From contig CAVPLT010000004.1 of NCBI GenBank assembly GCA_963706325.1, positions 160,001 to 224,000 of the forward strand: a DNA stretch of 64,000 bases, read 5' to 3'. Positions 56,575-64,000 of this stretch are shown here, one piece after another. The notes under the pieces are model-generated. The model did no database searches. It was not told the origin of the DNA and worked only from the letters and a program-made list of their open reading frames with translations. Within the stretch, counting starts at the first letter, position 1. Each line of letters starts with the position of its first letter. The position numbers were made by a program, and so were the translations under genes. The stretch comes from an uncultured Nitrospiraceae bacterium. Lineage in GTDB: Bacteria; Nitrospirota; Nitrospiria; Nitrospirales; Nitrospiraceae.

Positions 56575-58278
56575 TCAGAAATTTGTCCAGAGTTGCACAA
56601 TGCCCCAGTCCTGGTCGGCGGAGGTGCCCAATTGTTGCCGGATATAAGGACCAGAGAAAAAATGGCCGTAGATCACCGCCAAAGAAACTTTACCGTCAGC
56701 GAACATATGACTCCAGGCGATATCGAGTTCGTCGCCAATGTGCGTAGTCGTGTTACCGGACCGTGAGAAAATCAACGGCCCTTGAGAACCACGGTACCAG
56801 TTATCGCGCGCGCTTGCCAAGTATTTGCGCAGAGCCCAGATTTCGACGTGATCGCGCGCTGTGGGGCGTGCCTGTACATTGATCTGCGGCTGCACGCTGT
56901 TGCGCCAAGCCCCGTTTAACATGTATCCGACGTGGAGAAAGTTAGTCGGGAAGAAGTTCTCGAACGTGTTGGCATTGCCTCCGCAGCTGCGGACAAGCGC
57001 TCCCCCGGGTGGCACGCAGTTACTGTCGCCGTCTCCTGAAGCGTAGTCGAATCCGATAGCCAGTCGAGGTTTCCATTCGTGATTGTACAACGTATGACCG
57101 AACCAAGTTCCGGAGGCCCATGCATTAATGGCCAGATTGCGTTGATTGTCGAATCCAACGCCGTCAGCGGCGCGTCCGAACTGGTAGGCCGTCTCTTGTA
57201 CGAAGTCCCAATTGCCGTCACGAATTTCCATCCGCAGCCCAAGCATGTGCCGCAATTGAGACGCTGACTTCGGCGTAAACAGACCTGGATTGGCCTGTTC
57301 AGGAAGCCGGTTGGAGTAGAGCACATAATAGGGTTCCAGAATCATTCCTGGAACAGCTCGGATCTGATTGTACAGCACCACCATGTCGACGTCGCTGCTA
57401 GCATCGGTCCCCTGTTGTGCCAAAGCGGGATTGCACACTGCCGTTGAATTCGCCTCGGGGCTGCAGGTCAAGAGATTTAGACTCAGACTGCCACCTGGAT
57501 GCCCTTGCCCGAGGTCCGTCTCCGAATTCCGAAACCAGCCGAGCTTCATGTCAAAATCAGTCTTGGAATAACTCATCATGACTCCATCATGCGAGTACCC
57601 GGTGTTGGCCCAGTCGAAATGGCCAAACAAACGCTGATTTCCGAACACGAGATATTGGCGACCTATTTTGACACTGAGGCCGTCGATACCGGCCAGATTC
57701 CGGATCAACGCGTACCCGGCGCGTATGCCAAGTCTGCACTGTCCTGACCCTCGCGCCCCGCATTGATGGTTGAGCGCGTCGATGTCCTGGCTGCTTCCAG
57801 TCGGGCTGCCGTTTGCACCCCACGTCGCCGAGTCTTGCAGCTCAACATAGAAGTTGAGATGCGGCGAAGGATCGTAGCCCAGGCCTAGTCGCGCCCATTG
57901 CTGAATATAGAAGTCGCTGGCTTTGCCGCCGTCGTGTGCAGAGGTGCCCGATCCGGCGGCATTCAGACTGTTGCAAGCGCCGTTGATCGGAGGACCGCCC
58001 CCGAAGCAGACGCCGTTTCGCCATTCCGGCCGCACACGGAGGTCGGCGCGCATCCAGAAGTTCCGAATGTCAAATGCCGACCAGCCAGGTACCGCCGCGA
58101 CCTGGTCAGTTTCAGTTACGACCGATTCGGGCGAGGAGAAATATACCGGGGAGAGCGGTCCATACCCGACGTGCCCGGCTTCGGCTTGGAGAAGGTGGGG
58201 CGCAAGCATGACCCTTGATGTCTCAATGAGCACGAGGCAGAGTAGGAGAAAGCTCCAACTGGTAATGAAGCGAGGCAT
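56575..58278 (-). CDS. Alginate-export (AlgE-like) family outer-membrane porin
   Basis: Signal peptide, KIGRQYLVFGNQRLFGHFDW, DYASGDGD, TFENFFPTN, C-terminal Phe. Confidence 0.85.
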   Translation of the reverse strand: MPRFITSWSFLLLCLVLIETSRVMLAPHLLQAEAGHVGYGPLSPVYFSSPESVVTETDQVAAVPGWSAFDIRNFWMRADLRVRPEWRNGVCFGGGPPINGACNSLNAAGSGTSAHDGGKASDFYIQQWARLGLGYDPSPHLNFYVELQDSATWGANGSPTGSSQDIDALNHQCGARGSGQCRLGIRAGYALIRNLAGIDGLSVKIGRQYLVFGNQRLFGHFDWANTGYSHDGVMMSYSKTDFDMKLGWFRNSETDLGQGHPGGSLSLNLLTCSPEANSTAVCNPALAQQGTDASSDVDMVVLYNQIRAVPGMILEPYYVLYSNRLPEQANPGLFTPKSASQLRHMLGLRMEIRDGNWDFVQETAYQFGRAADGVGFDNQRNLAINAWASGTWFGHTLYNHEWKPRLAIGFDYASGDGDSNCVPPGGALVRSCGGNANTFENFFPTNFLHVGYMLNGAWRNSVQPQINVQARPTARDHVEIWALRKYLASARDNWYRGSQGPLIFSRSGNTTTHIGDELDIAWSHMFADGKVSLAVIYGHFFSGPYIRQQLGTSADQDWGIVQLWTNF

Positions 58279-58391
58279 TGGTGGTCATTGAACATGGAAT
58301 CCTCCATTTGCCGGAAGAGGCACGAGGGCCGACGGCCCCTGATGGAACCGACGGCTCTGATGACAGATTCATAGTTCCATGGGGATCGATA

Positions 58392-58883
58392 CTAGAAACT
58401 CATGCCGGCTCGTTCGTCCATGTTACGCATGAACTCCTCGTGCGCCTTCACCGTGTCGGCGCCTTTGGCCCGGACGTGTCGATCACGCGCATGGAATTCA
58501 TCGGGAGTTACTCGATAGCAAAAATCCCACAAGGCATCGGCACTGTGTTCATCAATGCCACCAACTCGCGCCTCCAGCATGACCATGAGTGTGTTGACGC
58601 CATCGTAAGTGGCGCTGCGCTGGCCTGCGCGGTGCAACTCGCGGATCTTGCTCGTCTGATCGACATAGGATTGAAAACTGCCTGGAATCAAACTTTTCTC
58701 GGCCATGGTTTGGTATGTGACCACCTGCCCGAGCAGCTCTTCCGCCCACGCAGACGACTTCTGATTGCTGTTCCACACCACTGGTTCTAGGCCATTGGTG
58801 ATTGCATAAGCGGGCGAGAGCCCCCGCAGGTTCCAACCTCCGAGAATCACCAGCGCTGAAAGCATAACGACCGTTCGTTTCAT
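58392..58883 (-). CDS. Exported hypothetical protein
   Basis: AAGGAGG ribosome-binding site, MKRTVVML signal peptide. Confidence 0.75.
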   Translation of the reverse strand: MKRTVVMLSALVILGGWNLRGLSPAYAITNGLEPVVWNSNQKSSAWAEELLGQVVTYQTMAEKSLIPGSFQSYVDQTSKIRELHRAGQRSATYDGVNTLMVMLEARVGGIDEHSADALWDFCYRVTPDEFHARDRHVRAKGADTVKAHEEFMRNMDERAGMSF

Positions 58884-58968
58884 GTGGACCTCCTTGACGT
58901 CGCCGACTTGTGGACCGGCGTGGGTATGGATGTATGTGAATGAGCTGCCAGTTTCTGACCCCATATCT

Positions 58969-58985
58969 AGCAATGCTCATGCCTG
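58969..58985 (-). promoter_or_regulatory. Sigma-54 (-24/-12) promoter
   Basis: Minus strand CAGGCATGAGCATTGCT, i.e. GG-N10-GC with TTGC at -12. Confidence 0.7.
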
Positions 58986-59008
58986 GAAATGCCGGCTTCC
59001 CGAATTCG

Positions 59009-59021
59009 CAACATGTTGATT
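59009..59021 (-). promoter_or_regulatory. IHF-binding site
   Basis: AATCAACATGTTG matches WATCAANNNNTTR, with an AT tract 5' of it. Confidence 0.6.
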
Positions 59022-59183
59022 TATTTTAATACCAAGAAAAAAACTCTTTGACCGATCTCACGGATCGTTAAACGAAACGGTGCTGCGTTAAAGGGAACGG
59101 CGCGTGATGGATAAGCGAACGATCACGCTTGTGGTGCATTGATGGCCGGCAGGAGGCGCTATCGAACTTGACGAGCTCTTCTA

Positions 59184-61124
59184 TCACCCACCGTGGCTTG
59201 AGTGTTTGAGGAAGATAACGGAGAGTGCGGGTAAGGTTAAAGTCAGTGAGTGAGTTCGTCCGTGCAGAGGCACCGGAGTCGCGGAGACTCCACCGCCATT
59301 GCCCCATCCCGCTCCACCGTAAAGGGTGGCGTCACTGTTCAACAACTCTCTCCAATATCCACCTCGTGGTGCTCCGACGCGGTAGTTAGGGCGAGGAACG
59401 GGAGTGAAATTGCAGATCACTAGAATCACGTCATCGGTCGTGCGTGCTTTTCGGATGAGGCTGATTACGCTGGATTCGACATCCTGACAATCAATCCATT
59501 CAATACCGGAGGGGTGGACGTCTCCCTCATGCAGCGCGTGTTCCTGACGATAGGTGCGATTGAGATCGGTGACCCATTGCTGCATACCGCGATGCAAGGG
59601 GTCATCTAATGTGTCCCACTGCAGCTGGCCGTCATGCGCCCATTCAGCTCGTTGGCCGAATTCGCCACCCATAAACAAGAGCTTTTTAGCAGCCTGTGAA
59701 TACATGTGCCCGAATAACACCCGGAGGTTGGCGAATTTGTTCCATTCGTCCCCTGGCATTTTTCCTAACAGCGAACCTTTCCCATAGACCACTTCGTCGT
59801 GTGAGAGGGGCAGCACGAAATTTTCGTGAAAGGCGTAGACCATACGGAAAGTAAGATTGTGATGATGGTATCTCCGGTTGATGGGGTCCTCTTGCATATA
59901 GGACAGCGTGTCATGCATCCAACCCATATCCCATTTCAAGCCGAAGCCTAAGCCACCAAGGTAAGTGGGGCGGGACACCAACGGCCAGGCAGTAGATTCC
60001 TCGGCGATGGTTTGAGCATCAGGATAGTGCCGATAGACCTCTTCATTAAATCGCTTCAAGAATGAAATGGCCTCGAGATTCTCGCGTCCGCCGTATCGGT
60101 TTGGAATCCACTCTCCTTCTTTCCGAGAATAATCCAAATACAGCATGGAGGCCACAGCGTCCACGCGGAGTCCATCAAAGTGATACTTATCCAGCCAGAA
60201 CAGCCCGCTGCTGATGAGAAAGCTCCGCACCTCGTTGCGTCCGAAATTGAAGACAAAGGTGTTCCAGTCCGGTTGGAAGCCCTGCTGCGGATTGGCATGT
60301 TCATAAAGATGCGTGCCGTCGAAGAACCCCAGCCCATGTTCATCGGTAGGAAAGTGGGAGGGCACCCAATCCAGCAAGACCCCAATTCCATGGTTGTGCA
60401 AGGTATCGACAAGATACATGAGGTCTTGCGGCGTCCCGTAATTTCCGGATGGCGCAAAGTAGCCCGTGGTCTGATAACCCCAGGAACCAAAGAACGGATG
60501 GTCCGTCAGCGGAAGAAACTCCACATGCGTGAACCCCATCTGTTGTAAGTATTCGGCGAGGGGAACCGCCAGTTCACGGTAACTCAGCGATCGATTCTGT
60601 TCCTCGGCGATCCGTCTCCAGGATCCCACATGCATTTCATAAATGGCGATAGGTGCGTTTAGCGCATTCGCTTGCCGGCGCCTGCGCATCCAGTCGGCAT
60701 CAGTCCAGTTATAGTCGAGATCCCAGACGATCGACGCCGACTTGGGAGGAATTTCATTGAAGAAGGAGAGCGGGTCGCTCTTATCGACCTGATAGCCGGA
60801 GTAGCGAGACTGAACATGATACTTATACAAGGACCCTTTCGCAGCCTCAGGAATGAATCCTTCCCAAATTCCAGAATGTCCTCTCGGATGGAGCTGGTGC
60901 GTCCCGTCCTGCCAGTCGTTGAAGGATCCGATGACGGATACCCGCTCGGCTTCCGGCGCCCATACCGCAAAGTGAGTCCCTTGTTGCCCATTGACGCTGC
61001 CGAGATGCGCGCCGAGCTTGTCGTACAGTTGAAACTGCGTGCCCTCGTTGAACAGAAAGACATCATCATCGGTCAGCTTGCTGATTGAGTGAATGGGCAT
61101 CTGTGTCGTGTCCTGTTGAGTCAT
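59184..61124 (-). CDS. glgB: 1,4-alpha-glucan branching enzyme
   Basis: [39 protein letters not shown]. Confidence 0.97.
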   Translation of the reverse strand: MTQQDTTQMPIHSISKLTDDDVFLFNEGTQFQLYDKLGAHLGSVNGQQGTHFAVWAPEAERVSVIGSFNDWQDGTHQLHPRGHSGIWEGFIPEAAKGSLYKYHVQSRYSGYQVDKSDPLSFFNEIPPKSASIVWDLDYNWTDADWMRRRRQANALNAPIAIYEMHVGSWRRIAEEQNRSLSYRELAVPLAEYLQQMGFTHVEFLPLTDHPFFGSWGYQTTGYFAPSGNYGTPQDLMYLVDTLHNHGIGVLLDWVPSHFPTDEHGLGFFDGTHLYEHANPQQGFQPDWNTFVFNFGRNEVRSFLISSGLFWLDKYHFDGLRVDAVASMLYLDYSRKEGEWIPNRYGGRENLEAISFLKRFNEEVYRHYPDAQTIAEESTAWPLVSRPTYLGGLGFGLKWDMGWMHDTLSYMQEDPINRRYHHHNLTFRMVYAFHENFVLPLSHDEVVYGKGSLLGKMPGDEWNKFANLRVLFGHMYSQAAKKLLFMGGEFGQRAEWAHDGQLQWDTLDDPLHRGMQQWVTDLNRTYRQEHALHEGDVHPSGIEWIDCQDVESSVISLIRKARTTDDVILVICNFTPVPRPNYRVGAPRGGYWRELLNSDATLYGGAGWGNGGGVSATPVPLHGRTHSLTLTLPALSVIFLKHSSHGG

Positions 61125-62776
61125 TGTTTCACCACACTTCCGGGCTGGCCGGTTGCGCAGGAGTCACCGGTATTTTCTTTCCGCTCGCCCCACACCTCTC
61201 GATCGCTAGTAGCGGTCGATGCATTCATGCACTGTAGGATGCCGGTCAGAGGAAGGTCGACCCAATCCGGCCGGTTATTTAGTTCATAGGCGAGTTCATA
61301 AAGTGCCTTGTGGAGCAGATGCCTGTCCAGAAGAAGATGGAATTCTTGGTGAGACCGCGGTGAGAACGGCGCCTCGCCGGCAATGGCGTGATAACCTCGG
61401 AGAAATGCCGTGCGGGCGCTTTGATACCACTGTTCCGCCCAAGATATTAGACTCTGCGTCGTCTGAAACTCGCCTCTTTGCCGTAATGCGGCATGGGCTG
61501 CATAGTGGAACGAGCGAACCATACCGGCGAGATCGACAACGGGGATATGCTTGGCTCGCCGTTCTGCCAGCGGTCTGGCTGGCTCTCCCTCATAATCAAT
61601 AATCACAAAGTCCTCTCCCGTGTAGAGGACCTGTCCGAGATGATAATCGCCATGGCAACGGATGCGCATGGCCGTCAAGGGCGAATTGCCCAGAGACCCT
61701 AACCGATCCAGAATGAGGGATTGCTGTCCCAAGACCACTTGCGCCTGTGCCTGCTTGATTTCTGGGAGGGTACACAAGCGATCGCGTAGCAATGTCAGTG
61801 CACGAATGGCCGACTGTTGCATGGCTTGAACCCGCGACTGTATGTAAGACGAAGAGCAGACTTCGGCGGCAAAGGCAGGATCGTCGCTGGTTTCTCCCAG
61901 CGCCATATGGAGTTCCGCTGTGCGCCGCCCTAACAGGCGCGCCGCATCCACGAAATCAGGTTCAAAAGAGCTATTGTTCGAAGCACTTGAGGAGACGCGG
62001 TCGAAGTAATGGGAGAGTTGGGACAGCGCATATTCCCATGCATTGCCGCGATTGGCGACGAAGGTTTGTGCCAATACCAGTGTTGTAGGATCGTTGCTGC
62101 GCTGGTGATATTCCAGGGCACCCACAAGGGAAGGAGAATGACGAAAATTTCGAGCGGTGAGGGTACGACCTATTTCCAATTCAGGATTTATGCCTGGCTC
62201 GACCCGGCGATAAAGCTTCATGATGACGCGGTCGCCGAACTTCACCGACGTATTACTCTGTTCGGCTTTCATCACGCTTATAGCGGCCGCGTGGGGGCGT
62301 TCTGCTACCTCGTCAAATAATGCCGTTGCCGATCCCACGACCGTGCCTGAGGTTCCTTGAAATTGCGCGCCTTGTCCCATACTAGCCAAAAGCGAATAGG
62401 CACATGCTTCATTCCACAAGGCATCGTACAGCACTCCGACGTGATTTCCTTGAGGACCGAGCACCGTGACCGCCCCAATGACAGCGCTCGAATGATCGCG
62501 TCTAATTCGGTCAGCCTCCGCTTCGAAGGCCGCGGTCATCAAAACCGTATACGTTTCTACGTCTCTTTCGGAGTACGAGACCTCCACGAATCCCAGCAGC
62601 ATAGGAGAATCACCTCTGTCGACTCGTAGGATATCCGTAAACTTAGCGGAGCGGATGGTCTTGGCCTTACCTCCAAACCACCGGGACGATGTGAGGAATG
62701 CGGGCAGCAAGCCCTCGAGTTCCGTATGGGCCTGGCCATCAACGACCCTCTCCCAATTATTGTGAATCGTGATCAT
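61121..62776 (-). CDS. Maltokinase (Mak/Pep2; homologous to the TreS C-terminal domain)
   Basis: [44 protein letters not shown]. Confidence 0.9.
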   Translation of the reverse strand: MITIHNNWERVVDGQAHTELEGLLPAFLTSSRWFGGKAKTIRSAKFTDILRVDRGDSPMLLGFVEVSYSERDVETYTVLMTAAFEAEADRIRRDHSSAVIGAVTVLGPQGNHVGVLYDALWNEACAYSLLASMGQGAQFQGTSGTVVGSATALFDEVAERPHAAAISVMKAEQSNTSVKFGDRVIMKLYRRVEPGINPELEIGRTLTARNFRHSPSLVGALEYHQRSNDPTTLVLAQTFVANRGNAWEYALSQLSHYFDRVSSSASNNSSFEPDFVDAARLLGRRTAELHMALGETSDDPAFAAEVCSSSYIQSRVQAMQQSAIRALTLLRDRLCTLPEIKQAQAQVVLGQQSLILDRLGSLGNSPLTAMRIRCHGDYHLGQVLYTGEDFVIIDYEGEPARPLAERRAKHIPVVDLAGMVRSFHYAAHAALRQRGEFQTTQSLISWAEQWYQSARTAFLRGYHAIAGEAPFSPRSHQEFHLLLDRHLLHKALYELAYELNNRPDWVDLPLTGILQCMNASTATSDREVWGERKENTGDSCATGQPGSVVKQ

Positions 62777-62799
62777 GAGTCCTTTCCCCACCGCTCCCT

Positions 62800-64000
62800 T
62801 TACAGGAAATAGTCAAAGTCCTGTTCACGCCGCATATTTCGCCGCACAGCAAAAATTTGGACCGGCGTTGAATGTGGGTCGAGCTGCACATAGTTTCGAG
62901 ACCCATGCCAGAGATAGTAGGCATGCGTCAGCAAATCATGGACCTGGAAGGGACGGTTGTCCTGTAGCCCCAATGCTGCGAGGTCCAACTCGAGCCAGCC
63001 CGAATGGATGTGATGCGGACTTAAATTCACCACAACGAGAATGACGTTCTTCCCGTCGTGCGTCTGTTTGCTGTAGGCGATCAGTTGGTCGTTGTCGATA
63101 GTGTGAAATCGCAGGCTGCCATCACCGTGCAGCGCGGGGTTGTCGCGGCGAATACGGTTGATCGCTCCGATAAACTCCTTCAAGCTGTCGGGCCTCGCGA
63201 TATCCCAACGTCGAATTTCATATTTCTCCGAGTCCAAATACTCCTCGCTGCCGGGTTTATGAGGTCGGTCTTCGTACAACTCAAACGCAGGTCCGTAAAT
63301 GCCATAGTTGGCGCCCAGCGTGGCGGCCAAGGCCAGTCGAGCCATGAAGACCGGGCGCCCGCCATGCTGGAGATGTTCGGTCAGAATATCCGGCGTATTG
63401 GTCCAGAGGTTGGGGCGAAAATACTCTTGCACTTGGGTCCTGGTCAGTTCAGTGAAATAGTCGGTCAGTTCTTGCTTGGTGTTGCGCCAGGCAAAGTAGG
63501 TGTAGGACTGGGTAAAGCCAACTTTGGCGAGGTGATACATGACCTTCGGCCGCGTGAAGGCTTCCGCAAGAAAAATGATATCCGGATCCCGCTGCTTGAT
63601 GTCGGCGATCAGCCATTTCCAAAAAGGGAATGGTTTCGTGTGAGGATTGTCGACGCGGAAGATGCGGATGCCTCGATCGATCCAGTACTGCACGACGGCC
63701 CGGAGTTCTTTCCACAATTCGTCAGCGGCTTCGCTCTCAAAATTCAGCGGAAAAATATCCTGATACTTTTTGGGAGGATTTTCCGCAAACTGGATCGTGC
63801 CATCAGGACGGGTGGTAAACCATTCCGGGTGCTCGGTCACGTATGGATGATCGGGAGAACATTGAAAGGCTAAATCAAGTGCGAGCTCGATATTCAGCGC
63901 CTTGGCTGCATCAATGAGGCGCTTGAAATCGTCCAGAGTTCCCAGCTCTGGATGGATGGCCGTATGGCCGCCGTCGCTCGCGCCGATGGCCCAGGGACTG
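62800..64000 (-). CDS. glgE: Alpha-1,4-glucan:maltose-1-phosphate maltosyltransferase (5' part outside window)
   Basis: SPWAIG...GGHTAIHPELG, ENPPKKYQDIFP, FRVDNPHTKP, NTPDIL; frame open to the window edge. Confidence 0.96.
   Translation of the reverse strand, partial: SPWAIGASDGGHTAIHPELGTLDDFKRLIDAAKALNIELALDLAFQCSPDHPYVTEHPEWFTTRPDGTIQFAENPPKKYQDIFPLNFESEAADELWKELRAVVQYWIDRGIRIFRVDNPHTKPFPFWKWLIADIKQRDPDIIFLAEAFTRPKVMYHLAKVGFTQSYTYFAWRNTKQELTDYFTELTRTQVQEYFRPNLWTNTPDILTEHLQHGGRPVFMARLALAATLGANYGIYGPAFELYEDRPHKPGSEEYLDSEKYEIRRWDIARPDSLKEFIGAINRIRRDNPALHGDGSLRFHTIDNDQLIAYSKQTHDGKNVILVVVNLSPHHIHSGWLELDLAALGLQDNRPFQVHDLLTHAYYLWHGSRNYVQLDPHSTPVQIFAVRRNMRREQDFDYFL

Overview
A 64 kb chromosomal window from a Nitrospira. 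The 16S rRNA carries the Ntspa662 genus target and the Ntspa1431 lineage I target, so it is N. defluvii-like. Positions 1-27 kb hold mostly intact housekeeping genes (scpAB, guaB, guaA, rluB-like, aspS, aroC, rluE-like), an FN3/NHL propeller protein, proteases and a Tat molybdoenzyme. A complete rRNA operon (16S, tRNA-Ile, tRNA-Ala, 23S, 5S) occupies 27.2-32.5 kb. It is followed by a decayed accessory stretch (32.7-36.5 kb), then alpha-glucosidase, ung, an alpha-carbonic anhydrase and small stress-type genes. An erpA-like + 2-oxoacid:ferredoxin oxidoreductase (alpha, beta, beta) operon carries several single-base frameshifts. The last part holds a TPR/beta-barrel and FecR pair, a DEAD-box helicase with small basic proteins, a sigma-54 module (secreted protein, alginate-export-family porin, GAF-AAA+ activator) and glgE-mak-glgB. 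The most unusual signal is a 90-100 nt leader sequence that occurs twice, at the same distance from sigma-70 promoters, upstream of unrelated genes (43275 and 47283), with a third partial copy at 54806-54838. A small basic protein that apparently starts at ATC and is missing from the ORF track is also notable. No CRISPR array, transposase or integrase was seen. All calls come from reading the sequence by eye; no database searches were run.
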